Virus record (IMG/VR): IMGVR_UViG_2928768511_000002
Coordinates: 1 to 64,000 of that record
DNA: 64,000 nucleotides
Reading direction: 5' to 3' (one strand)
DNA from: a virus
Lineage: Duplodnaviria > Caudoviricetes
The notes beneath the pieces were generated by a model that saw only the letters and a program-made list of their open reading frames with translations, searched no databases and was not told where the DNA came from. How positions within the stretch are numbered: position 1 is the stretch's first letter; each line of letters begins with the position of its first letter. Below are positions 26,469 through 35,358 of the stretch, piece after piece. Both the position numbers and the translations under genes were made by a program.

Positions 26469-28067
26469 ATGGCCGATACCCAACTGAAATACGTCCCGTC
26501 GCCGAAGACGGGCAACCCGGGCGAACTGTCGTCCGCGGCGACCTCGATGCAGCAGCGCACGAGCATGCTGCGCGCGGTTTACGGCGGCACCGAAACGATG
26601 CGCGCCAAGGACAAGGAGTTCCTTCCACAATACGAGAAGGAGTCCGACACCCGCTACAAGTCGCGCCTGGCGTCCACGTTCGCTCTCAACAAGCTCAGGG
26701 AGGCCGTGGATGCGGCTTCCGCGAAGCCCTTCCGGACGTTGCTGAAGGTCAACAACGGCGATCCTGACCTCGATGCGTGGGTCCAGGACATCGATCTGCA
26801 GGGCAACCACCTGCACGTCTTCGCCCACCAGTTCTTCAACAACGCCATGCTCGACGGCATGTGTCACATCCTCGTCGATCATCCCGACACCTACAACATG
26901 AAGAGCCTGGCGCAGCAGAAGGCATCCGGCGCCCGGCCTTTCATGAAGATGTTCAAGGTCGACGACGTGGCCGCGGCCTACGATCAGTATGTCGGCGGCG
27001 ACACCAAGACCGTCCATGTCCGCATCCGCAGCCAGCGCGCCGAGCGCGACGGCTTCAAGGAGGTGCTCTACAACCAGATCCGGGTGATCGAGATCGATCC
27101 GTCCAAGACGTCAGGCATCGTCCAGCTCTGGGAGCAGAAGGCGACCTCGGGTGGCTCGAATTGGACCTTCGTCGAAGAGACGCCCCTCCAGAACATGGTC
27201 GAGGTGCCGTTCGTCACGATGTATGCCGGCGAAAAGGAAGCCGACTACCTGGTGCGCCCGGTCTTCATCGACTTGGCCTACAAGCAGATCGAGCACTGGA
27301 TCTCGTCGTCGGACCAGCGGTCGATCTTGTCGGCTGCCCGGTTTCCGATGCTGGCGTGCTCCGGCGTCGTGATTGACCCGGACGACGAGAAGCAGTTCGC
27401 GATCGGACCCTACAAGGTGCTCTACGCGCCTGAGGCAAATGGTCGCTGGTACTACGTCGAGCCGAAAGGCACGGCGATCGAGTCCGGCGCCAAGGATCTG
27501 AACACCCTCGAAATGCAGATGGACATGATGGCGCTCAACCCGGTCACGGGCACGCACCGTCAGTACGTTCCGCAGAACGAGCGCGACATCCAGGAGACGC
27601 GCGTCCACTCGGTCGTCCACGACATGGCCATCAACTGCCAAGACTCGATCGAGAAGGCGATCCTGTTCATGGGGCAGTGGGCCAACAAGGACTACACCAA
27701 GGTCCAAGCGCTCCTGAACACCGAGTTCTCGAACACGAAGGACCGGCTCGCCGAGGTCGCGCAGCTGGTCAAGATGTGGGAAGAGCGCGGTCTGTCGCGT
27801 CAGGCCCTGTTGACTGAGGTGAAGAACCGGAACCTGCTGGGTGACGACTTCGACATGACGCAGGAGCTGGCGCTGTGGGCCAAGGTTGACGAGCTGATGC
27901 AGTCCAACGACGGCATGATGCCGGGCCGCTGGACGCAGGCCGATCCCGCGAAGGCACCGGCCGGCGGAGGTCAGACGAGCGGTGCGCCGGCTGCAAACAG
28001 CAACGACCCGTCACAGCCTTTGCCGGATTTCGGTCCGGGTCAGCTTCGGCCGAAAAAGCAAATCTGA
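26469..28067 (+). CDS. Portal protein (DUF4055 type)
   Basis: Position after terL; FLPQ..KES..RY..RL...N motif; 532 aa. Confidence 0.85.
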   Translation: MADTQLKYVPSPKTGNPGELSSAATSMQQRTSMLRAVYGGTETMRAKDKEFLPQYEKESDTRYKSRLASTFALNKLREAVDAASAKPFRTLLKVNNGDPDLDAWVQDIDLQGNHLHVFAHQFFNNAMLDGMCHILVDHPDTYNMKSLAQQKASGARPFMKMFKVDDVAAAYDQYVGGDTKTVHVRIRSQRAERDGFKEVLYNQIRVIEIDPSKTSGIVQLWEQKATSGGSNWTFVEETPLQNMVEVPFVTMYAGEKEADYLVRPVFIDLAYKQIEHWISSSDQRSILSAARFPMLACSGVVIDPDDEKQFAIGPYKVLYAPEANGRWYYVEPKGTAIESGAKDLNTLEMQMDMMALNPVTGTHRQYVPQNERDIQETRVHSVVHDMAINCQDSIEKAILFMGQWANKDYTKVQALLNTEFSNTKDRLAEVAQLVKMWEERGLSRQALLTEVKNRNLLGDDFDMTQELALWAKVDELMQSNDGMMPGRWTQADPAKAPAGGGQTSGAPAANSNDPSQPLPDFGPGQLRPKKQI

Positions 28068-28096
28068 TTGACTTGCGCAAATGCGCATGATAGCAG
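28068..28096 (+). promoter_or_regulatory. Putative sigma70 promoter
   Basis: TTGACT-17bp-TAGCAG with TG extension; degenerate palindrome in spacer. Confidence 0.45.
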
Positions 28097-28105
28097 CGAC
28101 GCCCC

Positions 28106-28414
28106 ATGGCCGAGATCCGTTTGGAACTGAAAGCTGAGACCTACTACTGCGAGCCCTGCTCATTGAAGCAGGGCACGCTGGTGCAGGAACTCGTCCGGAT
28201 GATCCCTCGGTCCGTGGTGCTGTTCGATAAGCTGGTGGGTGACGAGTACTACTGCTGCCCGATCTGCTTCGAGCCGAAGTTTAACGTTCGTGGCAAAACC
28301 CGGGTAAAACATGGGAAATCTAGGGGGCAAGATCGACCGGTGGCTGCAGATCAGCCCGGAGAACCAGAGGCCGGCCCCCGAAAGCCCACCGGTCCAACCC
28401 TCGTCAAAGGCTGA
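28106..28414 (+). CDS. Zn-ribbon hypothetical protein
   Basis: CEPC...CPIC. Confidence 0.6.
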   Translation: MAEIRLELKAETYYCEPCSLKQGTLVQELVRMIPRSVVLFDKLVGDEYYCCPICFEPKFNVRGKTRVKHGKSRGQDRPVAADQPGEPEAGPRKPTGPTLVKG

Positions 28415-28541
28415 GGAGCACCTGGAGCGGATCGCCAAGAACACGGCGGACATCCGCTACCTCGGTCTCCTCGACGCCTTCCTGCCCGTAGTTGCCCTGG
28501 GCCTGATCTGGCTCGGCCTCCGCTGGCTCTTCAGCCACTGA
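28311..28541 (+). CDS. Small membrane protein
   Basis: C-terminal TM segment; overlaps previous ORF. Confidence 0.55.
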   Translation: MGNLGGKIDRWLQISPENQRPAPESPPVQPSSKAEEHLERIAKNTADIRYLGLLDAFLPVVALGLIWLGLRWLFSH

Positions 28542-28542
28542 C

Positions 28543-28626
28543 CCGTTTGCACGCCGTTTGCAGGCCCGGCCAAGGTGGGCTTGACAAAACTGCGGTACCG
28601 TGCTTATTCATTTGCTTAAATGCAAA
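28543..28626 (+). promoter_or_regulatory. sigma70-like promoter module, copy 2
   Basis: TTGACA 28581-28586; palindrome TTTGCTTAAATGCAAA 28611-28626; 47/55 identical to 13196-13250. Confidence 0.7.
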
Positions 28627-28638
28627 TGGAGTGACCGT

Positions 28639-28951
28639 GCGGCTCTTCGAACGCAAAACCCTCGTCCAGGCCTTCAAATTGCCCCTCTGGGGCCAGTTTG
28701 CTGAGGAGGTTCCGCCCGCTTGGCTGGTCAAGCGCCTGCAATCGGGCGAGCTGACCATGAACAGCCTCGGCGGCGTCACCATGGCGAACCGATGGGGGCA
28801 CCAGCAGTGCGCTGCTGGCGACGTCGTCCTGCTCACCGAGCACGACACGATCGAGTTCTCGACACCCGAGGAGTTCGGGCTTCTCAACGAGCCCAAGCCT
28901 CATCGCGATGAAGATGGCGCCTGCACCCAGTGCGGCTTCGGCATCGACTGA
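28639..28951 (+). CDS. Conserved phage hypothetical protein
   Basis: GGAG RBS, GTG start; VQAF...P.W...G......AAGDVV...F pattern. Confidence 0.65.
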
Positions 28952-28973
28952 CCACAGACATTTCGTCCGTACG

Positions 28974-29060
28974 TCGCCCGCTCAGGTTTGCTCGGGCGGG
29001 TTTTGTTTTCCTCACTCCAACTTGCTCCCCGCCGGGACCAACATCTTGGCGGGGCTTTTT
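28974..29060 (+). terminator. Two tandem terminator-like hairpins
   Basis: CGCCCG/CGGGCG followed by TTTTGTTTT; CCCCGCC/GGCGGGG followed by CTTTTT. Confidence 0.55.
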
Positions 29061-29188
29061 GCGACACGGGTTCGCGCTCCCGTCATTGGTAGAGCGCGAT
29101 TTCGGCGGTCTCAGCTCGCATCCCGCACAAGACGAGCAGGGATACCCAAGAGCGCGCCGCACGCCCGCGCCGCCGCCGAACACTTTCT

Positions 29189-29265
29189 TGGCAAGTAGCT
29201 CAGATCGGTAGAGCGCCTCGCTGTTAACGAGGATGTCGCAGGTTCGAGTCCTGCCCTGCCAGCCA
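29189..29265 (+). tRNA. tRNA-Asn (GTT)
   Basis: Canonical cloverleaf, U1-A72, CCTCG-CTGTTAA-CGAGG, GCAGG-TTCGAGT-CCTGC, G-CCA. Confidence 0.92.
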
Positions 29266-29486
29266 AGCCTCTCCTGCCACGAGTAGGCAGATCATACAGG
29301 GCCGCTCAGCGGTCCCAGCCCAATTCGCCAGCACAGATCAACCGAGCGCCGGGACGGCCTCGTCCAACGATCTGCGCCGGCAAACATGATTCCCCGGTCC
29401 TCGGGGATATCGCCGGCCCATCGAGCGGGATGCTTGACGGGCCTTTTATCACGAGGGGCGGGATGCCCCGCATTTCCGGGATGGAT

Positions 29487-30374
29487 ATGCTTAAAGCAGT
29501 CGTAACTGATCTCAATGAACTCGATGAGGGCCTCCGCGGCTACTACGTGCAGAAGGACGGCAAGTTCTTCCTGAACGTGACGCCGGTCGACGGTTTCCAA
29601 CTCGACAACACCCAGGGCCTGAAGACGGCGCTCGGTGCGGAACGCAACAACGTTTCCGTGCTCCAGGCGCAGCTGAAGCCCTACGAAGGCCTCGACGTCG
29701 CCGCGGCTCGCACCGCGCTCGAACGCATCACCGCCTTCGGAGACATCACGCCGGAAGCCGCGAAGACCGCGGTCGAAACGGCGGCTCGACTGACTGCGCT
29801 CGATCCCGAGAAGCAGGCCGAGCAGATCGCCAACACCAAGCTCGAAACCATCAAAGGCCAACTCTCCGCTCAGTACGGACTGAAGGAGACCGAGTGGACC
29901 ACGAAGGTCAAGGGTCTGGAGGACGCGAATGCCAGCCTGGTGGGGCAGCTGAAGACGATCATGGGCGAAAGCCATATCAAGTCTGAAGTCGCCAAAGCCA
30001 ACCCCCTGGACGACGCGCGGGATGCCGTTGAACTCCTGGTGGGCAAGTTCGTCCGCACTTCCATGAAGGACGGCAAGGTCGTCACCGAAGTGATCGACAC
30101 GAACGGCAACCCCCGCATCAAGGACGTGAACGGCACCCCGTTCACGGTCGCCGATCTCGTCGCTGAGATCCGCGAGAAATCCGCGTCGCTCTTCAAGCCC
30201 GAAGAGAAGCGTGGACTGGGGACCAACCCCGGAAGCCACAGCGCTGCGCCGGCCGGCGGGGTCGTGAACCCCTGGGCCGCGGAGACGCGCAACATCACCC
30301 AGCAAATGGTGCTGGAAAACACCAAACCTGAACTGGCCAAGCAGCTCAAGGCTGCAGCCGGCGTCAAGGACTAA
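29487..30374 (+). CDS. Capsid scaffolding protein
   Basis: MLKAVVTDLNELDEGLRGYY..KDGKF.L; coiled coil; upstream of capsid gene. Confidence 0.8.
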   Translation: MLKAVVTDLNELDEGLRGYYVQKDGKFFLNVTPVDGFQLDNTQGLKTALGAERNNVSVLQAQLKPYEGLDVAAARTALERITAFGDITPEAAKTAVETAARLTALDPEKQAEQIANTKLETIKGQLSAQYGLKETEWTTKVKGLEDANASLVGQLKTIMGESHIKSEVAKANPLDDARDAVELLVGKFVRTSMKDGKVVTEVIDTNGNPRIKDVNGTPFTVADLVAEIREKSASLFKPEEKRGLGTNPGSHSAAPAGGVVNPWAAETRNITQQMVLENTKPELAKQLKAAAGVKD

Positions 30375-30490
30375 ACACCCAAAACGCTCATTCATTTCGA
30401 CGCCGGGACGTTCTGCGCCCCGGCGTTTGCGTGAATGCAAAAAGCTGCTCCCAAGAGAGCAAAGGCCAGTCATAACCTCAAGAGTGAGAA

Positions 30491-31471
30491 ATGACTGAGA
30501 CTCGTCTCGCGGACATGATCGTCCCGACCAAGTTCAACAAGTACGTTCAGACGCTTTCGACCCAGAAGTCGGAGCTGTTTACGTCGGGCATCATCACCGA
30601 CCTGACCAGCGTCATCGACTCCGAGATCGAGGGCAAGACGGTCAACATGCCGTTCTTCAACGACCTCGACGCGAGCGACTCCGAGCAGGTGCTCGACGAC
30701 TCGACCGACCTCACCGTCGGCAAGATGACGACCGGCCAGGACGTGGCCGTGAAGCTTCTGCGCGGTAAGGCGTTCGGTACGTCCGACCTCGCTGCGGACC
30801 TGTCGGGCGCGGACCCGATCGACGCGATCGCCAACCGTTTCGCCGACTGGTGGAACAAGCGTATGCAGACCGCTCTGCTCTCGACCCTCTCGGGCGCGAT
30901 GGGCGCAGCCTCCATGGCGGCCAACGTCAACGACATCTCCGGCCTGACCGGCGGTGCGCAGTACTTCGACGCCGACTCCTTCATCGACTCGGCCTTCTTG
31001 CTCGGTGACGAGCAGGGCGGTCTGACCGGTGTTGCGGTCCACTCGCTGACCCTGAAGGCGATGGTCAAGGCCGACCTGATCGACTTCGTGCCCGACAGCC
31101 AGGGCAAGCTGACCATCCCGACCTACCTCGGCAAGTCCGTGCTGGTCGACGACAGCATGCCGGTGAGCGGCGCGGGCGCGACCCGCATCTTCACCACCTA
31201 CATCTTCGGCCCCGGCGCAATCGGCTTCGGCGAGAAGTCGCCCAAGGTGCCGGTGGAAGTCGAGCGCCAGGCTCTGAAGGGCATGGGCCAGGAGTACATC
31301 GTCAACCGCCGGCAGTGGGTCATGCATCCCCGCGGCGTGAAGTGGCTGGGCGGCACCCAGGCCGGCGTGACGCCGTCCAACGTCGAGCTGGCGACCGCGA
31401 CGAACTGGCAGCGCGTCTACGACGCGAAGCTCGTCCGCATCGTGGCCTTCAAGCACATGCTGGCCTCCTAA
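30491..31471 (+). CDS. Major capsid protein
   Basis: T.LADMIVP..F..Y...; GKTVNMPFFNDL; 326 aa; strong codon bias; terminator follows. Confidence 0.9.
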   Translation: MTETRLADMIVPTKFNKYVQTLSTQKSELFTSGIITDLTSVIDSEIEGKTVNMPFFNDLDASDSEQVLDDSTDLTVGKMTTGQDVAVKLLRGKAFGTSDLAADLSGADPIDAIANRFADWWNKRMQTALLSTLSGAMGAASMAANVNDISGLTGGAQYFDADSFIDSAFLLGDEQGGLTGVAVHSLTLKAMVKADLIDFVPDSQGKLTIPTYLGKSVLVDDSMPVSGAGATRIFTTYIFGPGAIGFGEKSPKVPVEVERQALKGMGQEYIVNRRQWVMHPRGVKWLGGTQAGVTPSNVELATATNWQRVYDAKLVRIVAFKHMLAS

Positions 31472-31502
31472 TCGTCTGACGACGGTTAGAGCCTGAAACA
31501 CA

Positions 31503-31535
31503 AGACCCTCCTCGGGAAACCGGGGAGGGCTCTTT
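31503..31535 (+). terminator. Intrinsic terminator after capsid gene
   Basis: 10-bp stem with GAAA loop, then CTCTTT. Confidence 0.7.
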
Positions 31536-31553
31536 GTGACTCTGGAGACAATC

Positions 31554-32018
31554 ATGTTTGGAACGAAAGGCTACAAAGTGCGCGAAGCAGCTGCGTACCG
31601 CAAGAACCGCGTACAGCGACTGGTCTCGGAAGAGGTCAGGGCCGCTCGTTTCGCCAACTTGCACGGCAATGCCGAGCCGAAGGCGGCGGAGCACGATCGC
31701 AAGGATCATGCCCATAAGCCGCATGTTTACGCGCACGGCGAAGTGACCGCTCAGGTGGAGCCGGTCGAGACGCCGGCTGGTGAGCCGGAAGTGCAGGCTC
31801 AGCAGGGCGAACAGTCGGAGCAGGCCGAACCGGCCGCTGGCGAGAATGTCGACGCTGGCGATCAGCCCGTCGAGCCGCAAGCCGACGCTGACGAAGAGGC
31901 GAAGGAAGCTGCCGCCAAGGAAGCCGAGCGGGTCGCTGCCGAGAAGGCCGCTGCCAAGGAAGCCGCCAAGGCTGCTGCGAAGGCTGCCGCCAAGGCCAAG
32001 GCCACTGCCAAGAAGTAA
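31554..32018 (+). CDS. Low-complexity Ala/Glu/Lys-rich protein
   Basis: GGAG RBS; EKAAAKEAAKAAAK tail. Confidence 0.7.
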   Translation: MFGTKGYKVREAAAYRKNRVQRLVSEEVRAARFANLHGNAEPKAAEHDRKDHAHKPHVYAHGEVTAQVEPVETPAGEPEVQAQQGEQSEQAEPAAGENVDAGDQPVEPQADADEEAKEAAAKEAERVAAEKAAAKEAAKAAAKAAAKAKATAKK

Positions 32019-32027
32019 GGAATTGTG

Positions 32028-32444
32028 ATGGGCTACGCCAGCAAGGAAGACATCGACAAGCTGTACGGCACCGATCTCCTGGTTCGCGTGGCCGATTACA
32101 ACAAGGACGGCACCCCGGACCCCGACGTCATCGAGCGCGGTCTGGAGGCTGCCGACGAGATCTGCGACGCATACCTGTCGGCTCAGTACACCATACCGGT
32201 CGTGCCGACGCCGGGTGTCGTGAAGAACTGCGCGATCGACATTGCCGTCTATAAGATGGCGCTCGGCCGCGGCAGCCGCACCGACGAAATGCGGCTTCGG
32301 TACGAAGATGCTCTGGCGCTGCTGGAGAAGATCTCGACCGGCAAGGTCGGTCTCGGCCTTCCTCCTGTTACCGGAGAGGACGGAACGACGATTGACCCGA
32401 ACACGAAGCGGAGCGGACGGTCGTTCGACTGCGGGCGGGCGTAA
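32028..32444 (+). CDS. Head-tail adaptor, Mu gp36/DUF1320-like
   Basis: YAS..D....YG...L; A..ID.YL..Y..P; CAIDIAVY; RYEDAL..L..I..GK. Confidence 0.85.
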   Translation: MGYASKEDIDKLYGTDLLVRVADYNKDGTPDPDVIERGLEAADEICDAYLSAQYTIPVVPTPGVVKNCAIDIAVYKMALGRGSRTDEMRLRYEDALALLEKISTGKVGLGLPPVTGEDGTTIDPNTKRSGRSFDCGRA

Positions 32445-32926
32445 TGCCCAGCCTCAGCGTTCGCGTCGAAACCGCGACCCTCGCGCGGGTCCACAAGCGA
32501 CTCGCCACACTGCTGCAGCAGGCGACAAATCTTGAGCCCTTGATGCGCGAAGCCGCGCAGTACATGCTCAATTCGACGGTCAACCGCATCAAGCGCACCC
32601 GGACCGCTCCGGATGGCGAACGATGGGCTGCCCTGTCAGACATCACCGCCCAGCTCAAGGGCCACGACCGGCCACTGTTTCAGTCCGGCGGGCTGCTCGG
32701 CGGCATCCGGATCGCCGACATCAGCAGCGACGGCTTCATGATCACCTCGGACGCCCCGCATTCGTCCTACATGCAGCGCGGCGTCAAGAAAATGAGAGGC
32801 GCCTTCAAGTCAAAGCGCCCATCCCCACAAGTTCCAGCCCGCTCGTTCATGGGCTTTTCGGACGAGAACGTCCGGCGCATCGGCAAGATGCTGCGTGACC
32901 ACATCAAGAAGGGAGGCGGCGAATGA
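32444..32926 (+). CDS. Virion morphogenesis protein (Mu gpG / P2 S-like)
   Basis: APDGERWAALS...L..SG.L; VPARSFMGFS. Confidence 0.85.
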   Translation: MPSLSVRVETATLARVHKRLATLLQQATNLEPLMREAAQYMLNSTVNRIKRTRTAPDGERWAALSDITAQLKGHDRPLFQSGGLLGGIRIADISSDGFMITSDAPHSSYMQRGVKKMRGAFKSKRPSPQVPARSFMGFSDENVRRIGKMLRDHIKKGGGE

Positions 32927-33504
32927 GCAAGATCGTCGCTTTCCGCGACAACATTATCGACGCGATCAAGGAGCTGATCCCTGATCTGGACGTTGAATGG
33001 TACGACGGCCTGTTCGACGAACACGACATCGCGGACTGGGTGCTCAAGACACCCTGCGCGCGCGTGGCCGTGATGAACGTGCCAACCAACCATCTCTCGA
33101 CCGGCGAGCTGAACGCGCACCTCCGGGTGGTCGTTGTCATCGTCGACGAGAACCGAGCGGTCGATCGCGACGGAGACGCCCGCGCCTGGGACTTCGTCGA
33201 GCAGATCGCTGTCTGGGCCAACCTCAATCAGTTCGGCAACCCCGACGCTGCGCCGGCCACGAACGTCAAGTTCCAGCGGCTCAGCCAGCCGGTCCTGCGG
33301 CGCGAAGGCGTCTCGGTCGGCGTGGTCGAGTGGCTGAGCAACCTCACGATCGGCGTGAACCGCGCGCGGCAGCGCGACATGGCGTTCCATCTCGGCCTCC
33401 CGGTCGAGAAGATGCCGCTCACCACGGTCGTCACCAGCAGCGACATCCACCAAGGGGATCGTCACCTGTTCGAGAGCGAGGACGTAACACCGGAAGAAGA
33501 ATAA
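32923..33504 (+). CDS. Tail terminator/completion protein
   Basis: Synteny and size. Confidence 0.6.
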   Translation: MSKIVAFRDNIIDAIKELIPDLDVEWYDGLFDEHDIADWVLKTPCARVAVMNVPTNHLSTGELNAHLRVVVVIVDENRAVDRDGDARAWDFVEQIAVWANLNQFGNPDAAPATNVKFQRLSQPVLRREGVSVGVVEWLSNLTIGVNRARQRDMAFHLGLPVEKMPLTTVVTSSDIHQGDRHLFESEDVTPEEE

Positions 33505-34721
33505 TGCGCGCACTGCACGCCATTGAGCGACGACTCCAGGACATGGAGCGCAAATTCCAGAACAAGGAGCGCCTCGGCAGGATTGTCGACGTCAAGTTCG
33601 AGAACCAGCGCTGGTTCGTGAAGATGAACGACGGCGAGGATCAAACGCCGAGCGGATCTGGCGGGCAGGGCGGCAGCGGTCGCACCTTCAAGAGCGACTG
33701 GATGCCGTGGAAGAGCTTCTCCCACGGTACCATCAAGATGTCGGTCCCACCGAAGAAGGGCATGCAAGTCCTGATGAGGTCGGTCGCCGGCATGCCCGAG
33801 CTGGCCACCGTCGAGCCCCACCACTACGGGCCGGACACTCCTTCGCCTCACGGCAAGGAGGACGAGGTCGTCAAGCTGATCGAAGACGAAGATCAGCAGA
33901 ACGGAGGCCAGGACGGAGAGGGCGGTGGCGCTGAGGCCGGCGGAGAGTCCGGCGGCGAAGAGGGTGGCGACAAGAAGTGGAATCACTGGCTGCGTGAGAC
34001 CAAAGACACGCACCACCTGATTATCCGCAAGAAGGATGATCAGCAGCAGGACGACAGCCAAGACCAGACCTCGCCGGAAGCCGGCGGAGGTGGTGGCGGC
34101 GAACTGGACGCCATGAACTCGAAAGGCGGCCAGCGCAAACAGAAGTCCCGCAAGATCCCGGAGGTCGAGGAGGATGGAGACGACGACACCACGCAGGTGA
34201 AGTCGACGAAGGAATACATCCTAAAAACGGTCGGCAAGAAGAAGTCCTACTACCGGCAGGACGGCGAGAAGGTCCACATCCGCTACGGCGATCAGGACGA
34301 GAAAGCCGACATCCTGATGGATGAGAACCAGGTCAAGATCCAGTTCAAGGACAAAAAGGCCATGGTGAAGTGGACCGAGGAAGATCTCACGGTCCAGTTC
34401 GGCGAGGACGAGAACGCCAAGATGGTGATGACCGACGAGGACATTACGATCACTCAGGGCGGCGAAGACGCCTCGAAGATCTTCATCACCGACCACGAGA
34501 TCGTCGTTTCGCAAGGCGACGACGCTTCGCGCGTCACGATCCAGGAAGACTACGTCGAAGTGAAGGGCGCCACTGAGTGCTCCTGCGGCGTGGATGGTCG
34601 CTGGGTCTACATCAACCAAGGCCGGGTCAACCTCGGCGTCTCTGGTCCCAAGGAAATGGCCGACAAACGAGTGATGACCGAGGCCGGTCCCTCGCAGGTG
34701 GTCTGGGCCAAGATTGGATAA
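33504..34721 (+). CDS. Baseplate spike (gpV/gp45-like)
   Basis: RLGRIVDV OB-fold start, SDWMPW...PPKKG.QV; C-terminal beta repeats; acidic Gly-rich inserts. Confidence 0.75.
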   Translation: MRALHAIERRLQDMERKFQNKERLGRIVDVKFENQRWFVKMNDGEDQTPSGSGGQGGSGRTFKSDWMPWKSFSHGTIKMSVPPKKGMQVLMRSVAGMPELATVEPHHYGPDTPSPHGKEDEVVKLIEDEDQQNGGQDGEGGGAEAGGESGGEEGGDKKWNHWLRETKDTHHLIIRKKDDQQQDDSQDQTSPEAGGGGGGELDAMNSKGGQRKQKSRKIPEVEEDGDDDTTQVKSTKEYILKTVGKKKSYYRQDGEKVHIRYGDQDEKADILMDENQVKIQFKDKKAMVKWTEEDLTVQFGEDENAKMVMTDEDITITQGGEDASKIFITDHEIVVSQGDDASRVTIQEDYVEVKGATECSCGVDGRWVYINQGRVNLGVSGPKEMADKRVMTEAGPSQVVWAKIG

Positions 34722-34732
34722 GAGAGAGAACA

Positions 34733-35008
34733 ATGCCGAAATACACCGCTGACGTCGCCTTCTGGCACAAGGGCAACCTTGTCCCAGTCGGCGGCACGGT
34801 CTCGATGACGAAAGTCGAGGCGAAGTACCTCAAGGGCAAGGTGACCGAAGTCGTTTGGACCGCGCCCGCAACTCCTGCGCCGGCGGTGGAAGAGCCCAAG
34901 GCCGAGACCCCGGCGCTCGGCGCCGCTGTCGTCGAGCATCCCAATCCGCGTCCCCACAAGAAGCGCAAGGCTGAAGTGAAGGACGGCGATAATGGCGACG
35001 TCAACTGA
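34733..35008 (+). CDS. Small hypothetical protein
   Basis: ATG 34733; 91 aa. Confidence 0.65.
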   Translation: MPKYTADVAFWHKGNLVPVGGTVSMTKVEAKYLKGKVTEVVWTAPATPAPAVEEPKAETPALGAAVVEHPNPRPHKKRKAEVKDGDNGDVN

Positions 35009-35348
35009 GCATCTGATTGATATCGACCGCTACACCGGGGAGTTGATCCAAGGCTGGGAGCGGATCAAGCAGAGCATCTTCGTGATCCTCACCACCAGGC
35101 TGCGCACTCGTCTGATGCGCCTGTGGTGGGGCTCCAAGTTCAACGAGATGCAGGACAAGCCCGGCAACGAGGAAGTCCTGATGAGCAGCATGATGGCTGC
35201 CATCTCGGCCATCAACACATACGAGCCGGAGTTCAAGGTGACGCGCGTCGTCATCGAGGACATGGGTCCTGACGGCGAGATCACCATCACGGTCGAAGGC
35301 ATCGATCTGGTGGACGAGGCGCTGCGCCGGCTCAAAACCACCATTTAA
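34992..35348 (+). CDS. Baseplate wedge, gpW/gp25-like
   Basis: IKQSIFVILTT...R.MR..WGS; A...YEPEF. Confidence 0.85.
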   Translation: MATSTEHLIDIDRYTGELIQGWERIKQSIFVILTTRLRTRLMRLWWGSKFNEMQDKPGNEEVLMSSMMAAISAINTYEPEFKVTRVVIEDMGPDGEITITVEGIDLVDEALRRLKTTI

Positions 35349-35358
35349 GCGAGGGTCA

